DNA from: an uncultured delta proteobacterium
Lineage (GTDB): Bacteria > Myxococcota_A > Polyangia > Polyangiales > Polyangiaceae
Reading direction: 5' to 3'
Assembly (NCBI GenBank): GCA_963782055.1
Contig: CAWAIF010000003.1
Location: 5,152,001-5,216,000 of the forward strand
Length of the DNA: 64,000 bases
How positions within the stretch are numbered: the first letter of the stretch is position 1; each line of letters starts with the position of its first letter. The notes beneath the pieces were generated by a model. The model saw only the letters and a list, made by a program, of their open reading frames with translations, ran no database searches and was not told the DNA's origin. The translations under genes were made by a program, and so were the position numbers. This document shows, in pieces, positions 47,293-56,583 of the stretch.

Positions 47293-47374
47293 AGGAAATG
47301 CTAGCGCGGTCGGGCGCGAAAGTTTGCGAAATCCATGGGGCCGTCCGGTCTCACTGGAAGGACGGACCAGGGTG
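47288..47374 (+). repeat. dispersed bipartite repeat, arms A+B joined with core deleted (copy 5)
   Basis: CGCATAGG...TTTGCGAAATCCAT|GGGGCCGTCCGGTCTCACTGGAAGGACGGACCAGGGTG. Confidence 0.92.
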
Positions 47375-47790
47375 GCGAGGTCGACGGCGTCATCGACCAG
47401 ACGATGCCGTCCGGATCGACCCCTTCGTAGCTGCCGCCAGGCTCGGGCGCCGCCGTCGCGAGATCGACGACGCCGTTCGCGTCGGCGTCGAACGTCGCGC
47501 TCGCGCCCCAACCCGTGAAGCGCGCGGTGACGGTGATCTGGGCGACCGGATCGAGACCGGTGACGCGGACGTCGAGCGCGTTCGCCCAGAGCATGCGCGT
47601 CACCGCGACGGGCGTCGTGCCCGAGACGTCGAAGAAGGTGACGGCCGGCGACGGCGGCGTCCCGGCGTCGGGGCTGCCCGCGTCCGGCGCGTCGGGCGCG
47701 GACCCGCCGCACGCGAGCGCGGCGAGCGCGACGAGCGCGACGAGCGCGACGACCGGCGGAAAACGAGGCGGAGGCGGAAGCGCATCCTCG
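47375..47790 (-). pseudogene. truncated acyl-CoA thioesterase/BAAT N-terminal-domain lipoprotein
   Basis: 'LDVRVTGL..ASATFDADANGVVDLATAAP..GSYEGVDPDGIVWSM' is cut off at the end of arm B. Confidence 0.7.
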
Positions 47791-48162
47791 CGCTGCAAAC
47801 AAGTTTCGTGCCGCCAGCGATGCCTGGCGCTTCGCGCGGCCACGCCTCGGACCGACAGTTTGCTAACGGATCGCACGTCACCGGCGAGGCGACGCTCTCG
47901 CACTGCGCGGTGATCGAGTAGGAGTCAGGAGGGCGTCGTTCGCGGTGCGCTCGTGATAGGTGGGCGCGACCGCGCGCAGGACGTCCGTCACGTCGGCGCG
48001 CGTCGCCAGGAGCCGCCGAAGCGCGAGCCTCCGCACACGGTCGTCCGCGCGCTGGTACCAGGTGACGAAGCTCTTTTCGACGATACGACGAACCACGTTC
48101 TTCACGCGCGAAAGCTGGCACGCCCGCGCGGATCGCGGACGTTACATCGCGTTACGCGGCCG

Positions 48163-49779
48163 TCAGAGCCCGGTGACCTTGCCGTCGCGCGCGATGCGGA
48201 AGGCCTTGACGCCCGCGTTGCTGTTGATGGTCTCCACAAAGAGCACGGCCGCGTCTCGACGCGCCACCAGCTCGAAGTCGTCTTGGATGACGCTCGACAT
48301 GAACGGCTCGCCGCCGCTCGTGGTGTCGTCGTAGATCGGGCGGTCTTCCGTCTTGTCGATGTCGCCCGGCTTCGCGACCACGTACCTCACGCCGCGACGG
48401 CTCGACCGCCACACGACGACGACGGCGTCGCCGAGGCCGACCGCTCGCACGTCCGAAGGCGCGCGCGGTCGCGCCGGCTCGGCGAGACGCGAGAATGCCT
48501 TGCGCAGATCGACCGTGTCGACCGGAGCGCACCCGCGGGCCGTGCATCGCGCGACGTGAAGCGTGAGCCCGTCCGCCGATGCGTCGACCAAGCTCGTGAA
48601 GGTCACCGCATCCACGCCGCACGACGCGGCGCTGTGCCTTTCGGCGCTGCCGATCGATCGCGGAATCGTGAACGTGTGAACGGGCGAGTGCTCGTCGTCA
48701 TGAAAGAACACCACGTAGCCCGGTCCGTAGATCGTCAGCGCGTCACGCACGAAGCAGCCGGCGAAATACGACGGCTTCGGGACGACGCCGATGTCTTCGA
48801 TCCCCGACGCCGTCGTGCCGACGAAGCGCCTGGCGAACAGATGCCGGGTGCCGTCCTTGGCGTCTTCGAGCCAAACCGCGCGGTCGCCGAGGAGGGTCAC
48901 GTCGGCGTTGGCCTCGGTGGTCCACTTGGCGTCGACGAGCGGCCCGTTCCCGCGGGACGCCGCATACGAGAACGTGGAGTCGCTGCCGGGGTTGCTCGAT
49001 TGTCGCGAGAGCACGAGCACGCTGCCGTCGCTCTCGCCAAACGCGGTGCACGCGCGACCCGTGCAGAACGGACGGGCGTCGTCCGCGCGGTGGACGGAGT
49101 CGCCGGACGAGTGCCAATCTTGTTGCCCCGTCGGCGCGACGAGAAGCGGCGCTCCGTCGGCGCTGCCGGCGAGGACCGACTTCGGGACGAGCGCACCCGG
49201 ACGGCACGCGATCTTCCCGATGGGCGCGCGCGACTCGCACAACGTGGTGCCGCCGAGGATGAAGTGGAGGTCCGCGCCCGGCACGGGATCGAAGCTCGCG
49301 CCGATCAAGCTCGCACGAAGAGCGAGCGGTGTCGTGCGCTCGTCCGCGACGTCCGCATAGGGAGGCGCGGCCGGTACGTCGTCAGGAGGCGGGCGCGTGC
49401 TCGGGCGCACGCCGAAATACGCGTCGAACGCGTAGGGCGAGCTCTCCACCGTGTCGACGTCGATGACGGGCGACGGTGCCTGCAGGTCGATGCCTTCGAG
49501 CGCCTCGTCGACCTCCTCGTAGTCGCGAACGTACTTCTCGCATCGCGCAGGCCAGCCCTTGGGCGGATGGCCGAGCATGATGCGATGAAGCCGAGCCGAT
49601 GCTTCCTCCTTCGGTAGAAGCGGCGCGCCGAACAGGCATTTGTGCACCGACGCCAGCGATGCAGCGGCGCGGCGAACCCGGTAAACCCGCGTGGCGTAGG
49701 TGACGGCGAAATAGGCCGCGACGCACCCCGCGGCGAGCCCGCCGAGCTTGACCCATCTTCGGCCGTTCACGGTGGGCAC
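48163..49779 (-). CDS. hypothetical membrane-anchored protein
   Basis: 538 aa with N-terminal TM. GTG start overlaps the left end of an arm-A repeat. Confidence 0.65.
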   Translation of the reverse strand: MPTVNGRRWVKLGGLAAGCVAAYFAVTYATRVYRVRRAAASLASVHKCLFGAPLLPKEEASARLHRIMLGHPPKGWPARCEKYVRDYEEVDEALEGIDLQAPSPVIDVDTVESSPYAFDAYFGVRPSTRPPPDDVPAAPPYADVADERTTPLALRASLIGASFDPVPGADLHFILGGTTLCESRAPIGKIACRPGALVPKSVLAGSADGAPLLVAPTGQQDWHSSGDSVHRADDARPFCTGRACTAFGESDGSVLVLSRQSSNPGSDSTFSYAASRGNGPLVDAKWTTEANADVTLLGDRAVWLEDAKDGTRHLFARRFVGTTASGIEDIGVVPKPSYFAGCFVRDALTIYGPGYVVFFHDDEHSPVHTFTIPRSIGSAERHSAASCGVDAVTFTSLVDASADGLTLHVARCTARGCAPVDTVDLRKAFSRLAEPARPRAPSDVRAVGLGDAVVVVWRSSRRGVRYVVAKPGDIDKTEDRPIYDDTTSGGEPFMSSVIQDDFELVARRDAAVLFVETINSNAGVKAFRIARDGKVTGL

Positions 49780-49828
49780 GTAGGAAATCCTAGCGCGGTC
49801 GGGCGCGAAAGTTTACGAAATCCATCTT
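49777..49828 (+). repeat. dispersed bipartite repeat, arm A (copy 6, left of insertion)
   Basis: CACGTAGGAAATCCTAGCGCGGTCGGGCGCGAAAGTTTACGAAATCCATCTT. Confidence 0.9.
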
Positions 49829-50006
49829 GGACGAAGCCGCTGCGCGGCAGCGTGGCTCCGCATCAAGCTCGCTCGCGACCCGGGAGCCCCGCGAGCCGTG
49901 TGCGCGCTGACGAGCCCGCCTCGTAGCCCTCGCGTGCCGTGATGCGGGCGATCCTGCGGCGCGCGCCGCCCGCTCGTGGGCGCGCGCGGAGCCGAAGGAG
50001 GCCGCG

Positions 50007-50852
50007 ATGGGTGCGAAGCGAAGACTGCGGGACACGATGAGCGAGGACCTCGCGCTGCGAGGGATGAGCGCCAACACGATCGCCACGTACGTGGGGTGCG
50101 TGCGGCGGTTCGCGCAGTACCACGGGCGGTCGCCGTGCGCGCTGGGGGCGGCGGAGATCCGGACGTTCCTTTTGCACCTGGTGGCGGAGCGCAGGCTGGC
50201 GGCGCTGACGGTCAACGTGCACGCGGCCGCGCTGAGGTTTCTCTACGAGGTGACGCTGGAGCGGCCGGAGGCGACGCTGGGGATGGCGCGCATGCGGGTG
50301 CCGATGCACGTGCCGGTGGTGCTGACGAGCGCGGAGGTGGCGCGGCTGCTCGCGTCGCTCACGAGCCACAAGCACCGGGCCCTGGTGATGCTCGCCTACG
50401 GGGCGGGGCTGCGCGTGAGCGAGGTGTGCAAGCTCCGGGTGGACGACATCGATCCGAAGCGGATGCTCCTGCACGTGCGGCACACCAAGCGCGGGCGTGA
50501 GCGCTACGTGATGCTCAGCGCGAGGCTGCTGGCGACGCTGCGCGCGTACTGGAAGGCGTCACGACCCGCAGGACCGCAACTGTTTCCGGGGCGCGTGCCC
50601 GGGACGCTCCTCACGCGCGCGGCCGTCCACCGGGCGATCCTCAAGGCGGCGCGGCGCGCGGGCATCACCCGGCGCGTGTCGCCGCACACGCTGCGCCACA
50701 GCTTCGCCACGCACCTGCTCGACGCAGGGACCGACCTTCGCACGTTGCAGGTCTTGCTCGGGCACGCGTCGCTCAGGAGCACGATGGCCTACCTGCACGT
50801 GAGCACCGCCCGCGTGCAGTCGATTCAGAGCCCCCTCGACGCGCTGCCCTGA
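50007..50852 (+). CDS. site-specific tyrosine recombinase/integrase
   Basis: GLRVSE, HTLRHSFATHLL and LGHASLRSTMAY catalytic motifs; SAM-like N-domain; no IntI-specific insertion seen. Confidence 0.93.
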   Translation: MGAKRRLRDTMSEDLALRGMSANTIATYVGCVRRFAQYHGRSPCALGAAEIRTFLLHLVAERRLAALTVNVHAAALRFLYEVTLERPEATLGMARMRVPMHVPVVLTSAEVARLLASLTSHKHRALVMLAYGAGLRVSEVCKLRVDDIDPKRMLLHVRHTKRGRERYVMLSARLLATLRAYWKASRPAGPQLFPGRVPGTLLTRAAVHRAILKAARRAGITRRVSPHTLRHSFATHLLDAGTDLRTLQVLLGHASLRSTMAYLHVSTARVQSIQSPLDALP

Positions 50853-50858
50853 GCCCCG

Positions 50859-51815
50859 ATGCACCCGTCGTGTGCGCCCGCGCGCACGCGCGCGGCGCCC
50901 ATCGAGCTCGCGGACGTGGTGCGCGCCCACGGCGAGGCCTTCGCCGGCGGCCGCGTGCTGCGTCCCGAGGAGCGGTCGGCGCTGCGGGCGATCGAGCGAT
51001 GCCGGACCGCCGCGCTGGGCGGACATCTGGACGTGTGCACCGCGTGCGGGCTCGAGCGACCGTCGTACAACTCGTGCCGCAACCGGCACTGTCCCAAGTG
51101 CCAGTCGCTCGCGCAGGCGCGGTGGGTCGCCACGCGGCTCGAGCGCATTCTGCCCGTGCACTACTTCCACGTCGTCTTCACGCTCCCCGCCGAGCTGCGC
51201 GCCGTCGCGCGGCGCTCGCGCGCGCGGGTCTTCGACATGCTCTTCGCGAGCGCGGCCGACACGCTGGCCACCCTCGCGCGGGATCCGAAGTGGCTCGGCG
51301 CCGAGCTCGGCGTCACGATGGTCCTGCACACCTGGACGCGCGCGCTGCTCTTCCACCCCCACGTGCACGCCATCGTCACCGGCGGCGGACTCACCGGCGA
51401 CGCCGCGCGCTGGGTGCGCGCGCGCCGTCGCTTCCTCTTCCCCGTGCGCGTGATGGGCGTCTCGATGGGCGAGCGCGGCGTCACCTTCCGCACCAGAGAC
51501 GGCAAGTCGGTCACCGTCCCGGCCGAGGAGCTGCTCGCGCGCTTCGTCCAGCACGTGCTGCCGCGCGGCTTCGTCAAGATCCGCCACTACGGCCTGCACT
51601 CCGCCAGCCACGCCACCACGCGCCTCGAGACCGCACGCCGCAGACTGGGTCCGCACGCGCCCGCTGCGCGACCGGAGCGCCGTGCCGTCGCCGCCGACCT
51701 GCTGCTGCGAATCGCGGGCATCGACCTGCGCCGCTGCCCCGCTTGCCACACGCCTGCCCTCGTGCGCACCGCGCTGCCCGAGCCCCGAGCTCGCGCCCCG
51801 CCGAGGGCCGCATGA
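50859..51815 (+). pseudogene. IS91-family transposase with in-frame internal deletion
   Basis: Zn-finger SCRNRHCPKC, HVVFTLP, HPHVH (HUH) and IRHYG are present, but no YxxRY catalytic segment between FLFPVR and VTFR. Confidence 0.8.
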
Positions 51816-52142
51816 TCTCCCCGCGTCGTGCTCCACTGCGCTCGCTCCACGAGTGCGGCCCAGGCCCCTGTCCATCCGCGCCACCAAAAACCGCCCTCCG
51901 AGCACGCACGGCTGCCCGCTGCGCGCTCCGGGACGCCCGCGTCGAGCGCCGTCCCGCCGCCCGCTCGGCACCTCGCGCACCCGCACACGTGACCCACACG
52001 CCGCCAACTTCCCCATAGGGCTCCGAGGCCACCGCCTCGCCGCTGCCGCGCACCGGCTTCGTCCAACCGTCGATTTCGCGACCGCGCACCCGCGCCACGC
52101 GACCGCCGCCGCGACCCGGCGCGCTCACGCAATCGACTCTTA

Positions 52143-52190
52143 CTTATGCGAAATGGCCGTCCGGTCTCACTGGAAGGACGGACCAGGGTG
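52143..52190 (+). repeat. dispersed bipartite repeat, arm B (copy 6, right of insertion)
   Basis: CTTATGCGAAATGGCCGTCCGGTCTCACTGGAAGGACGGACCAGGGTG. Confidence 0.9.
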
Positions 52191-52251
52191 AGCGGTGAGA
52201 GAGGGGCGGTGAGGCGCCGGGCCCGTCACTTCGGGACGCCACCTCATCGCT

Positions 52252-52944
52252 TCACGGTTCGAGCGACGCCAGGTAGACGCTGCTCGGAAAGCGCGTCTCC
52301 AGGGTGCGCAGACCACGCTCGGCGCCGGCGCGATCCCCGGTCAGCCGCAGCGCACGAACTCGCAGCGCGAGCGCCTCTTCCTCGAAGGTTCCCCGTGGGT
52401 GCGACGCCGCGTAGGCATCGAGGGCGTCGAGCGCCCCCTTTCCGTCGCCAGCCACGACGAGCGAGCGCACGTGTCGGATCTCGTTGAGCTCGCCGACGAT
52501 CGAGGGCGTCGCACTCGCCGCGACGGTGGGGCGTGGAGCGGCCGTCGACCGAGCGGCGGTGGTCGACGCGGGCGGGGGCGGGATGATCTCGACGGCTCGC
52601 GCGACCACGCGAGCTCGCTGCGGCGCGACAACCTGCACCGGGTCCGCGCTCCCGGCGGTCGCGCTCGACGGTTGCCCGCCGTCGACGGCGCGCTCGTGCA
52701 TCCCGCGGATGACGTACGCGCCGCCGCTTGCTGCCGCCACCGCCACGATCGCGACGCCGAGCTTCGAGAACGCCGCGTGCCGGATCGCCACGGCGAGCCT
52801 GCCGACCGATGGCCCTGCCGTCACGACGCCGAGCGATACCATCAACCCCGGAACGAGCGACGCGGGTGCGGCGTCGCGCTCTGCTCCCCGGAGCAGCGAC
52901 CGCGCAGCGGGCGATCCGGCGGTGGCGAGTCGTTTCGGATCCAT
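52252..52944 (-). CDS. putative anti-sigma factor / TPR-like membrane protein
   Basis: Coupled to the ECF gene; TM segment plus C-terminal 'ALDALDAY...HPRG...EEALALRVRAL...RFPSS'. Confidence 0.7.
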   Translation of the reverse strand: MDPKRLATAGSPAARSLLRGAERDAAPASLVPGLMVSLGVVTAGPSVGRLAVAIRHAAFSKLGVAIVAVAAASGGAYVIRGMHERAVDGGQPSSATAGSADPVQVVAPQRARVVARAVEIIPPPPASTTAARSTAAPRPTVAASATPSIVGELNEIRHVRSLVVAGDGKGALDALDAYAASHPRGTFEEEALALRVRALRLTGDRAGAERGLRTLETRFPSSVYLASLEP

Positions 52945-53486
52945 CACGCTCCTCCCTGGCGCAGCGCGGCGCAAAGCTCCTCGAAGCGGGCGCGGGCTCG
53001 CCGCAAGCGCGACGCGACCGTGCCGGGGGCGAGCTCCAGCGTCTCGGCGATCTGCGCCATGGTCTGCTCCTCGATCTCGTAGAGCACGAACACCGCGCGG
53101 AGCGACCCGTCCATCGCATCGAGCAATCGATCGAGCTGATCGACGGCCTCGCGGCGGGCGTACGCCTCGTCGGGCGGCGCGCCATCGACCAGCCGCTCCG
53201 GCACGGAGCCGGGGCTCTCGTGTCGCCGTCGGATGGCCCGGCGCGTCTCCGACGCGACGAGCGTGGCTGTCCGGAGCAAGAAGGGAAGCTCGCCTCCCTC
53301 GTCGACCGACGACAGGCGCCTCGACAGGATCACGAAGACACGCTGCACGGCGTCCTCCGCCTCCGACGCGGGGACGCCGTTGCGGCGGAGCACGCGCCAC
53401 ACGGCGGGCGAGTGAGCTTCGATGCACGCGCGCAGCCGTCCGTTGTCGGCTGCAGCGAGCGGCATCTCGGGCGCGATCGCAGCCAC
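52944..53486 (-). CDS. ECF RNA polymerase sigma factor
   Basis: 'VWRVLRRNGV..AEDAVQRVF' and 'RAVFVLYEIEEQTMAQIAETLELAPGTVASRLRRAR'. Confidence 0.92.
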   Translation of the reverse strand: MAAIAPEMPLAAADNGRLRACIEAHSPAVWRVLRRNGVPASEAEDAVQRVFVILSRRLSSVDEGGELPFLLRTATLVASETRRAIRRRHESPGSVPERLVDGAPPDEAYARREAVDQLDRLLDAMDGSLRAVFVLYEIEEQTMAQIAETLELAPGTVASRLRRARARFEELCAALRQGGA

Positions 53487-53491
53487 CGCGC

Positions 53492-54277
53492 TCAGAACGT
53501 CACCGTGACGGTGGCGCCGGTGGAGCCGATGGGTCCCGCCTCGACGGAGACGTGCTTGCGCCGGAGCCCCAGCACCGACACGACCAGACCGCCCACGGCG
53601 AGCCCTGCGCCGGCGCCGATGATGGCGATCCCGGTGCCGTCGGCGCTCTGACCCCGGCAGCTCGGGGCAGCCGGACAGGCCGCGGTGGCGGCGTCCGCGG
53701 TGACGATGTGCAGCACGCCGAAGGGAATGGCGGCGATCCCGACGGTCGCGATCGCGATGCCCACGCCGAGGAGCGTCGGGCTCGCCATCCGGGTCTCGTC
53801 GCGGCGCGTCGCAGTCGTCGGAGCGGAAGGTACCTGCACCACCGAGGGCACGACGGCCACCGCGACGGGCGTTCGCGGCGCGGGCGGTGGTGGCGCGGGC
53901 GGTGGTGGCGCGGGCGGTGGTGGTGCGGCGCGGAGCGGCGGCTGCGCCATCGCGATGATGGTGGCGAGGGCGGCGGTGACCTCGTCGCAGCTCGAGGCAC
54001 GAAGCTCGCGCGTTCCACCCTCAATCTCGAGCGTCCCGATGTAATCGCGCTCGTGTCGAATGGTGACCGCGAAGCGCCACGGCCGGTCCGGATTGCGCTC
54101 GCGCGCGACCTGCGTCGCGACGAGCTGCTGAAAGGCGTCGGCGGTCGCGCACTCTGCCGGCGCCGCGTAGCTCACGATGACGGGGAGCTCGTCCGTCTGC
54201 GCGCGCGCGCGGCCGGCGACGGTGAGGGTCGCGCCGCACACCAAGAGAGCCAGCGTCGAGCTCCATCTCCTTGCCAT
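53492..54277 (-). CDS. secreted/membrane hypothetical protein in ECF operon
   Basis: Signal peptide, 'YAAPAEC', 'RELRASSCDEV', Pro-rich linker. Confidence 0.65.
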   Translation of the reverse strand: MARRWSSTLALLVCGATLTVAGRARAQTDELPVIVSYAAPAECATADAFQQLVATQVARERNPDRPWRFAVTIRHERDYIGTLEIEGGTRELRASSCDEVTAALATIIAMAQPPLRAAPPPPAPPPPAPPPPAPRTPVAVAVVPSVVQVPSAPTTATRRDETRMASPTLLGVGIAIATVGIAAIPFGVLHIVTADAATAACPAAPSCRGQSADGTGIAIIGAGAGLAVGGLVVSVLGLRRKHVSVEAGPIGSTGATVTVTF

Positions 54278-54379
54278 GGTCTAAACGGTTATATGGCCAC
54301 CTCCGGGTGGTTTGATCACCGAAGCCGCAGAAAACAGCTCGGGATGCTCGACGGCGTCGCCTTCCGCAGGGTTGCAAGC

Positions 54380-54808
54380 CTACGGGGTGGCCACCGAGAA
54401 GCCGTCCACCCCGTTGCCGGTCACGTCTCCGGCGCGCACGTCACCCTGCGCGTAGTAGAGAGGGTGGTCATCGTAGGTGGCCTGGAGGCTGCCGTCGGGC
54501 CGCGCGAGGATGCCGAACGTCCCGTTCACGCCAGGCGCGCCGACGGCCTGCTGGCCTTTGGGCACGGTCAGCGGCGGCCACGTCGTCGCGCACGAGCCGG
54601 TGCACGTGGAGAGCGTCGCGCTGTCGCCGGCTCTCGTGTAGAGCGACATCCCGTTCGTCCCCACGAGGATCGTGCCGAGCGGCGTCTTCGTCGTGCCGAT
54701 CGGGACGGGCGCGCCGGAATCCGAGCTCGGGTTGGGGATGCCGGCGTCCACCCCGCACGCCGCCGCAGACAGGACCAGCAGTACACCCAGGGATTGCAGA
54801 AAGCGCAT
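54380..54808 (-). CDS. COG4315-type lipoprotein (Yx(FWY)xxD repeats)
   Basis: 'GMSLYTRAGD..CTGSCATTWPP' and 'QATYDDHPLYYAQGD..GDVTGNGV'. Confidence 0.85.
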   Translation of the reverse strand: MRFLQSLGVLLVLSAAACGVDAGIPNPSSDSGAPVPIGTTKTPLGTILVGTNGMSLYTRAGDSATLSTCTGSCATTWPPLTVPKGQQAVGAPGVNGTFGILARPDGSLQATYDDHPLYYAQGDVRAGDVTGNGVDGFSVATP

Positions 54809-54936
54809 ACCTTGAAATGGCCACCGGCGCGGTGATTGATCACGCGGGCCCCCTGTGTCAGAGGAGTTGTCCGGTCCGCAGGCCTCGCGATGAGGCGGCG
54901 GAGGGCATCAACGCTGGGGGCGGCTGAGGTTGGATC

Positions 54937-55449
54937 GTGACGGAGTACAGCGCGGCCTTCAAGGCCAACATGGTGAAGAAGCTGATTGTGCCCGGGGGCC
55001 CGACGGCGTCGGTGCTCTCGATTCGATCGGGAGTCTCGCAACCAACATTGTCCCGGTGGCTTCGGGATGCGAAAGAGGAGGGCATGTCCCACCGCAATCC
55101 CTCCGCGAGAGTCCCCCGTCGTCCCAGTGAATGGAAGCCCGAGGAGAAGCTCCGAGTCCTCGCGCAGGCTGACGGCCTCGCGGGTGACGCGCTCGGGGAG
55201 CTTCTGCGTCGGGAGGGACTTCACGAGGCCGACCTCGCCGGGTGGCGGCGTGCGGCACTCGGGGCTCTGGGGCCGAGCTCGAAGACGACGAGCTCCGCGG
55301 AGGCGAAGCGGGTGCGGGAGCTCGAGCGGGAGCTTTTGCGCAAGGACAAGGCGCTGGCGGAGACCGCCGCGCTGCTCGTTCTGAAAAAAAAAGTCCAGGA
55401 GTACTGGGGGGACGAGGACGACAGCACGAAGAAGGAGACCGACAAGTGA
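54937..55449 (+). CDS. IS3 transposase OrfA
   Basis: HTH region and 'ELERELLRKDKALAETAALLVLKKK'. Confidence 0.88.
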   Translation: MTEYSAAFKANMVKKLIVPGGPTASVLSIRSGVSQPTLSRWLRDAKEEGMSHRNPSARVPRRPSEWKPEEKLRVLAQADGLAGDALGELLRREGLHEADLAGWRRAALGALGPSSKTTSSAEAKRVRELERELLRKDKALAETAALLVLKKKVQEYWGDEDDSTKKETDK

Positions 55450-56462
55450 TCGTGGACCTGGTGGAGGAGGCCGTCAGGGCGGGGGCGCGACGCGACAGGG
55501 CCTGCGCGATCATCGGCCTGTGCCCACGCACCCTCGCCCGGTGGCGCGCCGACGGCGGCGGCAAGGACAGGCGCGGACAGAGCGCCGTGTCCCCCGTGCA
55601 CAAGCTCACCGAGGCGGAGAGGGCCCAGATCGTCGCGCACGCCACGTCGCCCGAGTACCGCGACCTGTCGCCGCGCCAGATCGTGCCCCTGCTCGCGGAC
55701 AAGGGGGTCTACGTCGCGTCCGAGTCGAGCTTCTACCGCGTGCTGCATGAGCACGGCCTGATGAGCCACCGGGAGCCGTCTCGCCCACGTACGCACCGGC
55801 GTCCGCCGGAGCACGTGGCCATCGCGCCGAACACGGTCTGGGCGTGGGACATTACGTACCTGCGGAGCCCGGTGCGGGGGATCTTCTTCTACCTGTACCT
55901 CGTCCTGGACATCTTCAGCCGCAAGGTCGTCGCCTACGAGGTCCACGAAGTCGAGTCGGCGGACCTCGCCTCGAGCTTGGTGGAGTGGGCCTGCGAGCGC
56001 GAGGGAGTGGCGCGGGACGCGCTCGTGCTGCACGCCGACAACGGGGCCCCGATGAAGGGCTCGACCATGCTCACGACGCTGCAGCGCCTCGGCGTCGTCG
56101 CCTCCTTCAGCCGTCCGAGCGTGAGCGACGACAACCCTTTCGCCGAGGCCATCTTCCGGACGCTGAAGTACCGCCCGGGCTACCCCAAGAAGCCCTTCGC
56201 CAATCTCGCCGAGGCCACGGCCTGGGTCGACGGCTTCGTCGCCTGGTACAACGGCGAGCACCTCCACAGTGGCATCCGCTTCGTCCGCCCCATCGACCGC
56301 CACGAAGGCCGCGACAAGGCCATCCTCGCCGCCAGGCACCGGCTCTACACCAGGGCCAAGGCCCGCACCCCGCGCCGGTGGACCCGAGGCACCCGCAACT
56401 GGACACCAGTCGGCGCCGTCCGACTGAACCCGGAGAAGTCGGACGCGTGCATCATGCACTGA
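55446..56462 (+). CDS. IS3 transposase OrfB (DDE), reached by -1 frameshift
   Basis: WAWDITYL, LDIFSRK, HADNG, DNPFAEAIFRTLK and YNGEHLHS. Confidence 0.9.
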   Translation: MIVDLVEEAVRAGARRDRACAIIGLCPRTLARWRADGGGKDRRGQSAVSPVHKLTEAERAQIVAHATSPEYRDLSPRQIVPLLADKGVYVASESSFYRVLHEHGLMSHREPSRPRTHRRPPEHVAIAPNTVWAWDITYLRSPVRGIFFYLYLVLDIFSRKVVAYEVHEVESADLASSLVEWACEREGVARDALVLHADNGAPMKGSTMLTTLQRLGVVASFSRPSVSDDNPFAEAIFRTLKYRPGYPKKPFANLAEATAWVDGFVAWYNGEHLHSGIRFVRPIDRHEGRDKAILAARHRLYTRAKARTPRRWTRGTRNWTPVGAVRLNPEKSDACIMH

Positions 56463-56489
56463 CCGTTCCATTGGACAACTCCCTTGACA

Positions 56490-56583
56490 CTCACCGCCGG
56501 TGGCCCCTTCATGCTGCGAAAGGGGTGGCCCCATCATCCTGCGAAAACTGCCTCGGAGTGCCCCATGAGGCTGCGAACTGGCA
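56490..56583. mobile_element. remnant end of an IS21-like element with triple subterminal repeats
   Basis: Three repeats of about 22 bp (GGTGGCCCCTTCATGCTGCGAA, GGTGGCCCCATCATCCTGCGAA, GAGTGCCCCATGAGGCTGCGAA) ending in CA. Truncates the adjacent gene. Confidence 0.55.

Larger units (their letters stand above)
49827..52143 (+). mobile_element. tyrosine recombinase + IS91-family transposase element with an attC-like right end, inserted into the repeat core
   Basis: 26-bp IRs (49827-49852 / 52041-52066, 25/26 match), GTCCAAC followed by an imperfect hairpin at 52069-52137, and CTT at both junctions. Confidence 0.85.
54856..56489 (+). mobile_element. IS3-family insertion sequence
   Basis: TG...CA ends with IRs TGTCAGAGGAGTTGTCC / GGACAACTCCCTTGACA; A9G slippery site at 55384-55393. 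No matching TSD. Confidence 0.9.

Noticed and set aside
50007..50852. Integron integrase IntI with a canonical cassette array
   Set aside because: Only 281 aa with no IntI-specific insertion. Surrounding genes are in mixed orientations and lack canonical RYYYAAC...GTTRRRY sites.
52144..52154. Chromosomal dif site
   Set aside because: Only one XerD-like arm (TTATGCGAAAT), no inverted XerC arm 6 bp away, and the motif is multicopy.
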